Shown piece by piece: positions 19,796 to 30,368 of a stretch of DNA of 64,000 nt. Origin of the DNA: Nitrospirota bacterium (GTDB taxonomy: Bacteria; Nitrospirota; Thermodesulfovibrionia; Thermodesulfovibrionales; Dissulfurispiraceae); the NCBI GenBank assembly GCA_963790025.1, contig CAWBMP010000005.1, forward strand, positions 128,001-192,000, read 5' to 3'. Position 1 is the stretch's first letter, and every line of letters begins with the position of its first letter. Position numbers and translations under genes: made by a program. The notes under the pieces were generated by a model that did not search any database, was not told the origin of the DNA, and was given only the letters and a program-made list of their open reading frames with translations.

Positions 19796-20032
19796 ATGAA
19801 AAGGCGTGTAAAATTGACGTTTCCTCAGAATCTTATCAAAGAACCGGTAATATTTACCATGGCTAAAAAGTATGATATCCTGCCCAATATACGGCGGGCG
19901 CGGGTGACCGACACGATTGGCGAAATGATTCTTGAACTGGAGGGAGACGAAGAGAAACTTGAAAAAGGGATCAAGTCTTTACAGGAGCAGGGGATTGAAG
20001 TAGAGTTGATCGAAGGAGACGTAGTACAGTAA
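19796..20032 (+). CDS. Stand-alone NIL-domain protein
   Basis: LTFP...EPVI...PNIRRARV...GEMILELEG; AGGAGG RBS before ATG 19796. Confidence 0.85.
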   Translation: MKRRVKLTFPQNLIKEPVIFTMAKKYDILPNIRRARVTDTIGEMILELEGDEEKLEKGIKSLQEQGIEVELIEGDVVQ

Positions 20033-21253
20033 GTGAAATACATTGTTATTATTGGAGACGGTATGGCGGACAGGCCGGTCAGTGACATCGGCGGGCTGAC
20101 CCCGCTCAAAAAGGCTGTCACGCCTAACATGGATAGGCTTGCCAGCGAAGGGATCATCGGCAGCGTCCGTACGGTCCCGGAGGGCATGCATCCCGGTTCC
20201 GATGTTGCAAACCTTAGTATTCTCGGCTATGCACCGCAGTTTTACTATACAGGAAGAGCGCCGCTTGAAGCTGCAAGTATCGGGGTTGCGCTCGACGTGC
20301 ATGACGTCGCTTACCGGTGCAACCTGGTGACGCTGAAATTCAACGAAGACAAGACCCGCGCTGTTATGGATGATTACAGCAGCGGACATATCTCTACCGA
20401 AGAGGCGCGTGAAATTATCGCTGCGATCGGAGAGAAGCTTGGCAGGATGGATCTGGTATTCTACCCCGGTGTCAGCTACCGGCATCTCATGGTATGGAAG
20501 AACGGCTCTGCGGACCTCGAATGCACGCCGCCCCATGACATACTTGAAAAGGAGATTGCTGAATATTTGCCTGCAGGAAAGGGAGAAGACGTCCTGAAAG
20601 AGCTGATGAGAAGTTCGGTTTCTCTGCTCGAAGGACATCCGGTAAACAGGAAGCGGGTGGAGAGCGGCAAGAAACCGGCAAACAGTATCTGGTTGTGGGG
20701 CCAGGGAAGGAAACCGCAGCTTCCGACATTTAAGGAGAAATATGGTATTACCGGGGCACTTGTATCCGCAGTCGATCTTACCAAGGGGCTCGGCATATAT
20801 GCAGGATTTGAAGTGCTCGAGGTGCCTGGTGCAACAGGATGGCTTGATACCAATTATGCGGGGAAGACCGAGTATGCACTGCGCGCCCTTAATCACGTTG
20901 ATTTCGTCTATATCCATATAGAGGCGCCTGATGAAGCGGGACACGCGGGAAGCTGTAAAGACAAGATACAGGCAATAGAGGACTTTGATGCCCTTGTCGT
21001 AGGCCCCGTGATGAAGGGGTTGGAAGAGCGCTTTAAGGAATATCGCGTGCTGCTTATGCCTGATCACGCAACGCCTGTCAGGATCAGGACCCATACTGAC
21101 GAACCTGTCCCGTTCGTCATCTACGACAGCCGCAGGAAGATGATGGACCGTCACGTAGCTTATGATGAGTCCATTGTTGAAAGAAACGACAGGATGGTCG
21201 TTGAAGACGGGCACCGGCTGATGGATTTACTTATCAGGGAGGTACTGGACTGA
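20033..21253 (+). CDS. apgM: Cofactor-independent phosphoglycerate mutase family protein (ApgM-like; proposed homoserine kinase in thr operons)
   Basis: [33 protein letters not shown]. Confidence 0.88.
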   Translation: MKYIVIIGDGMADRPVSDIGGLTPLKKAVTPNMDRLASEGIIGSVRTVPEGMHPGSDVANLSILGYAPQFYYTGRAPLEAASIGVALDVHDVAYRCNLVTLKFNEDKTRAVMDDYSSGHISTEEAREIIAAIGEKLGRMDLVFYPGVSYRHLMVWKNGSADLECTPPHDILEKEIAEYLPAGKGEDVLKELMRSSVSLLEGHPVNRKRVESGKKPANSIWLWGQGRKPQLPTFKEKYGITGALVSAVDLTKGLGIYAGFEVLEVPGATGWLDTNYAGKTEYALRALNHVDFVYIHIEAPDEAGHAGSCKDKIQAIEDFDALVVGPVMKGLEERFKEYRVLLMPDHATPVRIRTHTDEPVPFVIYDSRRKMMDRHVAYDESIVERNDRMVVEDGHRLMDLLIREVLD

Positions 21254-22473
21254 TGCTTATTGTTCAGAAATACGGAGGCACGTCCGTTGCCAATACAGAC
21301 AGGATCAAGGCGGTTGCCGAGCGTGTGGTCAAGACGGCAAAGCAAGGCAACAAGGTCGTTGTCGTTGTTTCCGCAATGTCCGGAGAAACGGACAAACTAA
21401 TAAATCTGGCCCATCAGGTTTCATCAGATCCGAGCAATCGTGAAATGGACTTGCTCCTGTCATCGGGAGAGCGTATAACCAGCGCGCTCACTGCTATTGC
21501 CATTGAAGCACTGGGACATAAGGCGATGGCGCTTACAGGAAGACAGATGGGTATTATTACCGATACGGTCCACACCAGGGCCAGGATAGAAAAAATCTCC
21601 TGCGTGAGGGCTGAAAAGGCGCTTTCGGAGGATTACATACTGGTGATCGCCGGTTTTCAGGGGATCACCGAGAATGAGGAAGTGACTACACTCGGAAGAG
21701 GAGGCTCCGATCTGTCGGCGGTGGCTATAGCCTCTGCACTGAATGCCGACCTGTGCGAGATTTATACTGATGTCGACGGCGTTTATACTACTGATCCGAA
21801 TATTGTTCCCGAGGCCAGGAAACTCGACAAGATTTCATTCGAGGAGATGATCGAACTGGCAAGCCTCGGCGCAAAAGTGCTTCAGACGAGATCGGTCGAA
21901 TTCGCCATGAAATATGAGGTGCCCCTGGTCGTACGTTCAAGCTTCAACTACAACGAGGGCACGTTGGTGACCAAGGAGGACGAGGATATGGAAAAGGTTG
22001 TGGTATCAGGGGTCGCATACGATAAAAACCAGACAAAAATTACTGTTATGGGAGTCCCTGATAGGCCCGGCATCGCTGCGACGCTGTTCAAAGGGATTGC
22101 GGATGCAAGCATCGTGGTCGATATGATTGTTCAGAACGTCAGCAGTGACGGGAAGGCCGCCGATATCTCGTTCACGGTACCGAAGACGGACAGTAAAAAG
22201 GCCCTTGAACTGACTGAGGAGATTGCAAAGGAACTCGGCGCAAAGGGAGTGCTTGTAAGGGAGGACATCTCCAAGATCTCGATTGTCGGGGTCGGCATGA
22301 GGACCCATTCCGGTGTTGCTGCGCAGATGTTCGAGACCCTTTCGAAGCACGGCGTCAACATTATTATGATCAGCACTTCGGAAATAAAAGTTTCGTGCAT
22401 CATAGACCTCAAATATACAGAACTGGCTGTGAGGGTGCTGCATGACATCTTCGGGCTGGCAGAAGGCATATAA
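21253..22473 (+). CDS. lysC: Aspartate kinase
   Basis: [29 protein letters not shown], two ACT domains. Confidence 0.95.
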   Translation: MLIVQKYGGTSVANTDRIKAVAERVVKTAKQGNKVVVVVSAMSGETDKLINLAHQVSSDPSNREMDLLLSSGERITSALTAIAIEALGHKAMALTGRQMGIITDTVHTRARIEKISCVRAEKALSEDYILVIAGFQGITENEEVTTLGRGGSDLSAVAIASALNADLCEIYTDVDGVYTTDPNIVPEARKLDKISFEEMIELASLGAKVLQTRSVEFAMKYEVPLVVRSSFNYNEGTLVTKEDEDMEKVVVSGVAYDKNQTKITVMGVPDRPGIAATLFKGIADASIVVDMIVQNVSSDGKAADISFTVPKTDSKKALELTEEIAKELGAKGVLVREDISKISIVGVGMRTHSGVAAQMFETLSKHGVNIIMISTSEIKVSCIIDLKYTELAVRVLHDIFGLAEGI

Positions 22474-22474
22474 A

Positions 22475-24052
22475 ATGATATCCGTGAGCACGATCGAAAT
22501 ATATGATACCACCCTACGGGACGGCTCACAGGCTGAGGATATTTCCCTGTCCGTTGAAGATAAACTCCGGATCACCGAGAAGCTCGACGAAATAGGTATC
22601 CATTATATTGAAGGGGGGTGGCCGGGCTCCAACCCCAAGGATGCCGAATATTTCAAGAAGGTAAAAAAACTCCCTCTTGCCAACTCGTTGGTGGCAGCTT
22701 TCGGCAGCACGCACAGCCCTAAACACAGCGTCGAGGACGACCCGAATTTAAAGGCGCTCGTTGATGCAAAGGTGGGGATTATCACCATCTTCGGAAAGAC
22801 CTGGGACTTCCATGTAAAAGAGGCATTAAGAATTTCTCTTGAAGAGAACCTAGATATTATTCACAATTCGGTCCTCTTTCTGAAAAAGTATGCCGGGAAG
22901 GTTTTCTTCGACGCAGAGCACTTTTTTAACGGTTACAAAGACAACCCCGGTTTTGCCGTTAAGTGTCTTGAAGCCGCGCAAGCCGCGGGAGCCGACTGCC
23001 TGGTTCTCTGCGATACGAACGGAGGGACATTGCCGGAGGAGATCCGGCAGATTGTGAAAACGGTCGGCAATAAAATTGAGACGCCCATCGGTATCCACGC
23101 CCACAACGATTCCGATTGCGCAGTGGCAAACTCTTTGATTGCGGTCGAAACCGGGGCTGTGCAGGTGCAAGGGACAATCAATGGGTTCGGGGAACGTTGC
23201 GGCAATGCCAATCTGTGCTCAATCATTCCCAACCTGCAGTTAAAATTGGGATATGCCTGTCTTGCAGGCGACAGGTTGAATAAATTGCGCGATGTGTCAA
23301 GGTTCGTCAACGAGATAGCGAATATGCGGCATTTCAAAAGGCAGCCGTTTGTCGGCGACAGCGCTTTTGCCCATAAGGGCGGCATTCATGTAAGCGCTGT
23401 AAGAAGGAGGCCCGAAACCTACGAGCATATCCAGCCTGAGCTGGTGGGCAATTCTCAGAGAATACTGATCTCCGACCTTGCAGGCAGGAGCAATATACTC
23501 AGGAAGGCCGAAGAATTCAATATCCATCTGGAAGCCAATTCACCTGAAGTGCAGGGCATTCTGGATTCGCTCAAAGACCTGGAGCATCAGGGCTTCCAGT
23601 TTGAGGGCGCCGAAGCGTCGTTTGAGCTGCTGCTTAAAAAAGCACTCGGGCTCCACCGGAGATTTTTTGATCTTATCGGCTTCAGGGTCATCGATGAGAA
23701 GAGGAAGGAAAGTGAGCTGCCGCTGAGCGAAGCAACGATTATGTTAAAGGTAGGCAAGAACATCGAGCACACAGCAGCCGCCGGCCACGGTCCTGTCAAT
23801 GCCCTCGACAACGCCCTGAGGAAAGCACTTGAGAAATTCTACCCTGAGTTGAAATCGGTCAAGCTGCACGATTATAAGGTACGCGTCCTGACCGCGGGTA
23901 AGGGCACCTCTGCACGCGTGCGGGTTTTGGTGGAGTCCGGTGATGAGATGCACAGTTGGGGGACCGTTGGAGTTTCCGAAAATATCATCGAGGCATCCTG
24001 GCAGGCGCTCGTCGACAGCATCGATTACAAATTGCTGAAAGAAAAAGAGTAG
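22475..24052 (+). CDS. cimA: Citramalate synthase
   Basis: [45 protein letters not shown]. Confidence 0.92.
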   Translation: MISVSTIEIYDTTLRDGSQAEDISLSVEDKLRITEKLDEIGIHYIEGGWPGSNPKDAEYFKKVKKLPLANSLVAAFGSTHSPKHSVEDDPNLKALVDAKVGIITIFGKTWDFHVKEALRISLEENLDIIHNSVLFLKKYAGKVFFDAEHFFNGYKDNPGFAVKCLEAAQAAGADCLVLCDTNGGTLPEEIRQIVKTVGNKIETPIGIHAHNDSDCAVANSLIAVETGAVQVQGTINGFGERCGNANLCSIIPNLQLKLGYACLAGDRLNKLRDVSRFVNEIANMRHFKRQPFVGDSAFAHKGGIHVSAVRRRPETYEHIQPELVGNSQRILISDLAGRSNILRKAEEFNIHLEANSPEVQGILDSLKDLEHQGFQFEGAEASFELLLKKALGLHRRFFDLIGFRVIDEKRKESELPLSEATIMLKVGKNIEHTAAAGHGPVNALDNALRKALEKFYPELKSVKLHDYKVRVLTAGKGTSARVRVLVESGDEMHSWGTVGVSENIIEASWQALVDSIDYKLLKEKE

Positions 24053-24209
24053 AGCTGGAGAATTACCACTACTTGACCGCCTGATAATACATTATCAAGT
24101 CCTGCCTTATGTTTGTTATTCATCAGTATTAGCCGAGATTACTTTCCAAAGTTGAAGCTCGCAGTTATACTTAATATAAATAGACGTCTTCACTGAGGAG
24201 GACCAAGCC

Positions 24210-24311
24210 ATGAAGGTTATAGTTATAGGTGCAACGGCCACAATGGGAAAAGCCATAGTGAAAGCCCTCGAAGGCTCCATGGATGGTGAGGTGATTGATG
24301 CAATCCGATAG
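24210..24311 (+). pseudogene. 33-codon remnant of a short-chain dehydrogenase (internal deletion)
   Basis: GAGGAGG RBS; MKVIVIGATATMGKAIVKALEGSMDGEVIDAIR*: a Rossmann-type start fused to an SDR-like terminal motif. Confidence 0.55.
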
Positions 24312-24333
24312 TAAAACCGGCGGCTACTGCTTC

Positions 24334-24981
24334 ATGGATATCGTTGCCAGGGAGGCAGAAGAGTATGCTGCAGACCATACAACACCCCTGTCCGCGCTCC
24401 TTGAGGAGATCGAATACTTTACCCTGACGAGGACACCCTATCCCTCTATGCTCACAGGACGGGTTGAAGGCCGGTTCCTGCAGATCATAGCTCAACTGTC
24501 CAAGGCACGGCACATCGTCGATATTGGCACTTTTACCGGCTATTCGGCCCTTGCCATGGCCGGGGTCCTGCCCGATAACGGTAAACTTCTGACCATCGAA
24601 TATAATCCCGACTACGCGAAGATCGCCCAGAATTTCTTCGATCGCAGTCCAATCGGCTTTAAGATCGCCCTGCGTATGGGCAATGCCCTGGATATTCTGA
24701 AGACCCTGCCGGATGCCGAGACCGACCTTGTCTTCATCGATGCCGATAAACGAAACTACAGCGCCTATTACAAGGAATCGGTCCGGATTTTACGAAATGG
24801 CGGGTTGATACTTGCCGACAATGCCCTATGGTACGGCAGGGTCTTTGATCCGAAAGACGATGAAAGCCGGGCAATGGCAGACTTCAACGAACTGGTGAAA
24901 GGAGATAACCGGGTCGAGAAGCTGTTTCTTACCATCCGTGACGGGATTTATTTGATAAGAAAACATGCCGGCGTTGAATGA
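24334..24981 (+). CDS. O-methyltransferase (COMT/CCoAOMT-like)
   Basis: DIGTFTGYSAL, DLVFIDADK, GGLILADNALWYG, IRDG. Confidence 0.92.
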   Translation: MDIVAREAEEYAADHTTPLSALLEEIEYFTLTRTPYPSMLTGRVEGRFLQIIAQLSKARHIVDIGTFTGYSALAMAGVLPDNGKLLTIEYNPDYAKIAQNFFDRSPIGFKIALRMGNALDILKTLPDAETDLVFIDADKRNYSAYYKESVRILRNGGLILADNALWYGRVFDPKDDESRAMADFNELVKGDNRVEKLFLTIRDGIYLIRKHAGVE

Positions 24982-24987
24982 ACCCAC

Positions 24988-25386
24988 TTATGGCCTCCTG
25001 GGGATAAAATCGCCTGTTCTTGGATTATAGTATCCGTTTTTAGACGGGAAATAATATTCGCCCGTTCGGGGATTTATCACTCCCTCTCCTGATGGAGGCA
25101 GGTATTCTCCGGTCTGTGGATTTATCACACCGCGACGTTCCTGTTGCTGAGGCTGAACAGGTGACGATGGAACAGTTATAACCGGTGGCTTTGGGACGCT
25201 TATCTCAGGTGGTGGCGGCACATTTATTGCGGGTAGCCGTGGCATAACTATACCGGGTGGCGGCTGCATCTTTATCTGCATATCGCCGGTGCTATCATCT
25301 TTTGCTTCTTTATTGTTGGAGTAACCGGTCGAGGCAGTGATAACTGTTAGAAGAAGACCCAGTGATAGTAGAATTGTATACCGCAT
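24988..25386 (-). CDS. Secreted Pro-rich protein with three NPxTG repeats
   Basis: Signal peptide, Pro-rich linker, then GVINPQTGEY / GVINPRTGEY / GYYNPRTGDF. Confidence 0.7.
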   Translation of the reverse strand: MRYTILLSLGLLLTVITASTGYSNNKEAKDDSTGDMQIKMQPPPGIVMPRLPAINVPPPPEISVPKPPVITVPSSPVQPQQQERRGVINPQTGEYLPPSGEGVINPRTGEYYFPSKNGYYNPRTGDFIPRRP

Positions 25387-25500
25387 AATATATCCCTATA
25401 ACTATACATACACCATTTTTTTAAATCGGTCAAATTGACCTACTACCAGATCGTTACCCATGTTTACTGTGCAATGGGATATATAGTAGGATAAATAGTC

Positions 25501-25938
25501 ATGGAAGAAATTGGGGTTGTAAAGGAAATCAAGGGCATAAAGGCTCTAATTACCGTACCGAAGCAGGACTCGTGCAAGTCTTGCCCGGGCACCGTTCTTT
25601 GTGAATCACTCGGAGCGGGCGAGGCGGTTATGGAGGCATACAACCATGTAGGCGCCAGGATCGGAGATACTGTTAGGGTGGGTTTCAAGTCCTCGAACTA
25701 TTTGAAAGGAACCATAATTGTTTATGGTCTTCCGGCTTTAATGCTCATTACAGGAGCGGTACTGGGAAAGGAATATATGGGCCCGTTTTTCCCCACCGTT
25801 GATCCCGATCTTGTATCTGCCGCCGCTGGATTCGGTCTGTTCGCTGTCACTTTTTTGATCTTAAAGCTGTGTTCAAAGTTGTTTGAGAATAAAAAAGAAT
25901 ACATGCCAATAATAGAAGAAATTATAAACAGGGGGTAG
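25501..25938 (+). CDS. RseC/MucC family membrane protein
   Basis: MEEIGVV, SCKSC...LC, GARIGDTV, YGLP followed by two TM helices. Confidence 0.85.
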   Translation: MEEIGVVKEIKGIKALITVPKQDSCKSCPGTVLCESLGAGEAVMEAYNHVGARIGDTVRVGFKSSNYLKGTIIVYGLPALMLITGAVLGKEYMGPFFPTVDPDLVSAAAGFGLFAVTFLILKLCSKLFENKKEYMPIIEEIINRG

Positions 25939-25940
25939 TT

Positions 25941-28037
25941 ATGTCAAAATTGAGCGCTGGACAAATAAGGAACGTAGCAATTATCGCTCACAGCGGCGCC
26001 GGCAAGACCTCATTGACCGAGGCTGTTCTGTTCGATGCCGGAGCTGTAGACAGGATTGGAAGCGTGGAGGCTGGAAATACCACAACCGATTGCGAACCTG
26101 AAGAGATCTCGAGGAAGATAAGCGTGGTATCGGCAGTTGCCTACTGTGACTGGAAAGGCACGCGGATAAACCTCATCGACACACCGGGCTTTATAAATTT
26201 TATAGAAGACACCAGAGGAAGTCTCAGGATCTCTGATGGGGCCGTCGTGATTGTAAGTGCCCTTTCCGGGGTCAAGGCGGAAACCGAAAAGATCTGGAAG
26301 TACGCCTGCGAATTCGAAGTGCCGAGAGTAGTCTTCATCAATAAGCTCGACAAGGAGGCGGCAAATTTTCACATGGCCCTGGGCGAGCTTGAGAAGTCCT
26401 TTGAGTCAGAGGCCGTTCCTCTTTATATCCCTATTGGGGAGGGCGCGGACTTCAAGGGTATTGTGGACCTTATCACCATGAAGGCGTTTATTGCAGAAAA
26501 CGGCAAGGTGGTGGAAGCTGATATTCCGTCTTCCCTGCAGGACAGTGCCGGCGACTACAGGAAGAAGCTTGTGGAGAAGATTGCGGAATCAGATGACGCG
26601 CTCCTCGAGAAATATCTCGAAGGAAATGAGCTTACCAGTGAAGAAATCATGAAAGGCGTTCGTGAGGGCTCTATGACGAGAAGGTTTATTCCGGTGATAT
26701 GCGGCTCGGCCACGCTCAATATCGGGGCCAGCCAGCTCCTCGATGCTATGCTCCTCTGCCTGCCTTCGCCGGAGGACATGAGCAGGATTTCACCCATCAG
26801 GGGAAAAAATCCCAAAGAGGGCAAAGAGGTGGAAAGAAAACCGGTCGAGACCGATCCTCTTACCGCATATGTCTTCAAGACCGTAGCGGACCCCTATTCC
26901 GGGAAAATGTCTATTTTCAGGGTCTATTCCGGTATATTTAAAGCTGACTCAACAGTCCTGAACTCAAATACCGGCGCCAAGGAAAGGATAGGCCAGGTCT
27001 TTTACCTGCAGGGCAAGAAACATGTTCCGACACCGGCTGCCGGGCCGGGTGAAATTGCAGCAGTTGTAAAATTGAAAGACACCAATGTGGGTGATACGTT
27101 ATGTGAAGAACACCATCCCCTGGTGCTTGAGAGGGTCAATTTCGCAGAGCCGCTTATTTCATACGCTATTGTGTCCAAAACCAAAGGTGATGAAGAAAAG
27201 GTAAGCGTAGGACTGAACAGGATACTTGAAGAGGACCCAACGCTTCGCTTCACCCGCGATGAGGAGTCCAAAGAAATGATCCTCTCCGGAATGGGGCAGG
27301 TACACCTTGAGGTTGCACTTGAAAAATTGAAAAGAAAGTTCGGTGTTGAGGTGGTCATGAAGACGCCGAAGATCCCATACAGGGAGACCATACGGGCTTT
27401 TGCAAAGGGGCAGGGCAGGTATAAGAAACAGTCCGGGGGGCGCGGACAGTACGGAGACTGCTGGATTGAAATGGAACCGCGGCCGAGGGGGGCGGGTTAC
27501 GAGTTCGTAGATAGAATCGTCGGCGGTGTCATTCCCCAACAGTACAGGCCCGCAGTCGAGAAAGGAATTGTTGAGGCTATGCGCGAGGGTGTTATTGCAG
27601 GATATCCGATGGTGGACGTGAAGGTGACTCTTTATGACGGTACTTACCACTCCGTAGATTCCTCTGAAATGGCCTTCAAAATAGCCGGCTCGATGGCCCT
27701 GAAAAAAGTGGTACAGGATGCAAAACCTGTTTTACTGGAACCGATGATGCAAGTTGAAGTTACTGTCCCTGAAGATACGCTCGGATCGGTCATAGGAGAT
27801 CTGAACACGCGGCGAGGCAAGGTCCAGGGTGTAGAGCCGCAGGCAGGCGGAAACCAGAAGATCAATGCGCTGGTCCCGATGGCGGAGATGCTTACTTACG
27901 CGAACCAGCTTCAGAGCATAACATCCGGAAGGGGGCTCTATTCTATGGAATTTTCCAATTACGAGGAAGTGCCTTCTCACATTACTCAGAAGATCATAGC
28001 GGAACGCCAGAAACTGAAGGCGGACGAGAACCAGTAA
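25941..28037 (+). CDS. fusA: Elongation factor G paralog (EF-G2-like)
   Basis: EF-G domain order with KKQSGGRGQYG and HSVDSSEMAF; divergent G-motifs AHSGAGKT, RKISV, DTPGF; not in the str operon. Confidence 0.9.
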   Translation: MSKLSAGQIRNVAIIAHSGAGKTSLTEAVLFDAGAVDRIGSVEAGNTTTDCEPEEISRKISVVSAVAYCDWKGTRINLIDTPGFINFIEDTRGSLRISDGAVVIVSALSGVKAETEKIWKYACEFEVPRVVFINKLDKEAANFHMALGELEKSFESEAVPLYIPIGEGADFKGIVDLITMKAFIAENGKVVEADIPSSLQDSAGDYRKKLVEKIAESDDALLEKYLEGNELTSEEIMKGVREGSMTRRFIPVICGSATLNIGASQLLDAMLLCLPSPEDMSRISPIRGKNPKEGKEVERKPVETDPLTAYVFKTVADPYSGKMSIFRVYSGIFKADSTVLNSNTGAKERIGQVFYLQGKKHVPTPAAGPGEIAAVVKLKDTNVGDTLCEEHHPLVLERVNFAEPLISYAIVSKTKGDEEKVSVGLNRILEEDPTLRFTRDEESKEMILSGMGQVHLEVALEKLKRKFGVEVVMKTPKIPYRETIRAFAKGQGRYKKQSGGRGQYGDCWIEMEPRPRGAGYEFVDRIVGGVIPQQYRPAVEKGIVEAMREGVIAGYPMVDVKVTLYDGTYHSVDSSEMAFKIAGSMALKKVVQDAKPVLLEPMMQVEVTVPEDTLGSVIGDLNTRRGKVQGVEPQAGGNQKINALVPMAEMLTYANQLQSITSGRGLYSMEFSNYEEVPSHITQKIIAERQKLKADENQ

Positions 28038-28040
28038 AAT

Positions 28041-29414
28041 ATGAAAAAACCCTGGGCAGGAAGGTTCACCGGAAAGACTTCCAAAAGTGTAGAAGACTAT
28101 ACGGAGTCAATATCGTTTGATAAAAGGATATGGAAATACGACATCGAAGGCAGTATCGCCCACGCAAAGATGCTGTCTAAACAAGGGATTATTCCGAAGC
28201 GCCACGCCGGCCGCATTGTCGGCGGACTCAAGGAAATCTACACGGAAATAGAAGAGGGCAGATTCAAATTCAGCCTCGAACTGGAAGACATTCACATGAA
28301 CATCGAAGCTGCACTCATAAGGAAAATTGGCGACACAGGCGGCATGCTGCACACTGCCAGATCTCGGAATGACCAGGTGTCGCTCGATCTCCGGCTTTAC
28401 CTCAGGGCCTCGGTTAAGGACATACTCATGCTTCTCCGGGACCTTGAAACCGTTCTCGTTGACATGGCTGAAAACAATATCGGCCTGATCATGCCGGGCT
28501 ACACACACATGCAGAGGGCTCAGCCGGTGCTTCTTTCGCACCACCTTATGGCATACGCCCAGATGTTTGACAGGGACCGGATGAGATTAGGCGACGCGCT
28601 GAAGCGGATCAATGTCCTGCCGCTCGGTTCCTGCGCGCTCGCCGGCACCGCGATGGATGTAGACAGGCAGTATGTTGCAGCTTTGCTGGGTTTTGATGCC
28701 GTTTCGGAAAACAGCATGGACTCAGTTTCAGACCGGGACTTTGCGCTCGAATTTCTTTCCTGTGCTGCGTTGCTTATGATGCATGTTTCCCGTATGGCGG
28801 AGGAGATTATTCTGTGGTCGTCCGAAGAGTTCGGTTTTATCGGGCTGTCCGATGCTTTTACTACCGGGTCCAGCATTATGCCGCAGAAAAAAAACCCCGA
28901 TGTCGCTGAACTGATGCGTGGCAAGACAGGCAGGGTCTACGGCAATCTTATGGGTCTCCTTACTACCATGAAAGGCCTTCCACTTACTTACAACAGGGAC
29001 ATGCAGGAAGATAAGGAGCCGGTCTTCGATACGGTCGATACTGTCAAGGCCACGCTCTCGATTCTCCCTGGGATGTTGAAAAACATAATTTTTAACAAGA
29101 AGCGCATGAAAAATAGCGGGGATGCCGCATTTTCCACTGCTACCGACATTGCCGAATATCTGGTGAAAAAAGGAGTGCCATTCAGGACTGCCCATGGGAT
29201 CACCGGCAGGATAGTCCGCTTTTGCATTGATAAGGGCAAGCGTCTGAATGATTTGGATATCGGTACGTATCAATCCTTTTCCCGGCTTATAGAAAAAGAT
29301 GTTTTTGGCATTATAAGCGCCGAGGCTTCTGTCAATGCCAAAAAATCATATGGAGGCACATCACCCCAGGCAGTCCGGGCGCAGATCAAGAAGTTCAGGA
29401 AACAACTTAAATGA
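28041..29414 (+). CDS. argH: Argininosuccinate lyase
   Basis: EDIH, RSRNDQV, GYTHMQRAQP, GSSIMPQKKNPD. Confidence 0.96.
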   Translation: MKKPWAGRFTGKTSKSVEDYTESISFDKRIWKYDIEGSIAHAKMLSKQGIIPKRHAGRIVGGLKEIYTEIEEGRFKFSLELEDIHMNIEAALIRKIGDTGGMLHTARSRNDQVSLDLRLYLRASVKDILMLLRDLETVLVDMAENNIGLIMPGYTHMQRAQPVLLSHHLMAYAQMFDRDRMRLGDALKRINVLPLGSCALAGTAMDVDRQYVAALLGFDAVSENSMDSVSDRDFALEFLSCAALLMMHVSRMAEEIILWSSEEFGFIGLSDAFTTGSSIMPQKKNPDVAELMRGKTGRVYGNLMGLLTTMKGLPLTYNRDMQEDKEPVFDTVDTVKATLSILPGMLKNIIFNKKRMKNSGDAAFSTATDIAEYLVKKGVPFRTAHGITGRIVRFCIDKGKRLNDLDIGTYQSFSRLIEKDVFGIISAEASVNAKKSYGGTSPQAVRAQIKKFRKQLK

Positions 29415-30367
29415 AAGTTGGAGATTGGATTATTGTGGTGCTTATCAGCGCGCTGCTTATGTCATGCGGGCAAAAGGGAGACCCGACGCTTACTACTTTT
29501 GTGAAACCCTCGCCTGTAGGAAACATTACGGCGGTGCACCGTGAGAATTCGTTACAGCTTTCATGGGACTATTCCGATACGCAGGAGCTTATAAAGGGTT
29601 TTTATCTTGAGAAATCCGAAGTTGCAGGCGGTAATGATCGTCCCGGAGAATTCAAAAAGATCGCTTTCCTTCCTGACAGCGCCAGGCATTACGCGGACAC
29701 AGAATTCGTTGTCGGCAGGACTTATTTCTACAGGATAACTGTAGTAAGTCTCAGAAAAATTTTAAGTAATTTGTCACCGGTGCTGAAGGTTGTCCCGGCA
29801 GTGCCTCCTGCGCCCCCATCAGGATTGTCCTATGAACTGACAAACGAAGCCGTGATAATCAAGTGGAACGAGGTGTCCGTAAAGGTGAAATACAATATAT
29901 ACAAGAGCCATGACAAGAAAGTCTTCCCCGATTCGCCGTTGAATAACCTGGAACTCGACAGGCCGGTTTACAGTGACAAAGTGGAAACCGGATTGCCGTC
30001 ATACTATGCGGTCAGATCAGTCCTCAATACACCGATTAAAGACGAAGGGCCCCTTTCTGAAGCGCTTGAGGTAAACCCTGAAACCTTTGTGCCGTCCAGG
30101 CCCTCCGGTTTAAAATACGTCTATGCCCCCAAGGGGATTGTGCTTATCTGGAATGAGAATCCGGAGACTTGGGTGAAGCGGTACCGTGTGTATCGGAAGA
30201 GAGCTGGTGAAAGCGTTTTCAGCTTTATCGGTGAGGTCGTCACTCCCACATTCAGGGACAACGATCCTCTGACGTCTAAAACTGAATATTACATCACCGC
30301 TCTCGGGCCCTCACGGGAAAGCGGGCCGCTGGAGCCGGTAGAAGTGAGTCCCGAGGTTCAAAGATAA
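29411..30367 (+). CDS. Lipoprotein with fibronectin type III-like domains
   Basis: Lipobox LMSC then GQKGDP; repeated L-x-W...Y-x-V/I FN3 patterns. Confidence 0.8.
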   Translation: MKVGDWIIVVLISALLMSCGQKGDPTLTTFVKPSPVGNITAVHRENSLQLSWDYSDTQELIKGFYLEKSEVAGGNDRPGEFKKIAFLPDSARHYADTEFVVGRTYFYRITVVSLRKILSNLSPVLKVVPAVPPAPPSGLSYELTNEAVIIKWNEVSVKVKYNIYKSHDKKVFPDSPLNNLELDRPVYSDKVETGLPSYYAVRSVLNTPIKDEGPLSEALEVNPETFVPSRPSGLKYVYAPKGIVLIWNENPETWVKRYRVYRKRAGESVFSFIGEVVTPTFRDNDPLTSKTEYYITALGPSRESGPLEPVEVSPEVQR

Positions 30368-30368
30368 G

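Noticed and set aside
17014..21214. Long antisense ORFs (17014-17970, 18102-19361, 19979-21214) and similar shadows elsewhere
   Set aside because: They lie opposite well-supported genes and show no protein motifs.
24082..24097. TGATAAT-AC-ATTATCA as a Fur box
   Set aside because: Spacing is 7-2-7 rather than 7-1-7, there is no iron gene nearby, and it may be part of a hairpin after cimA.
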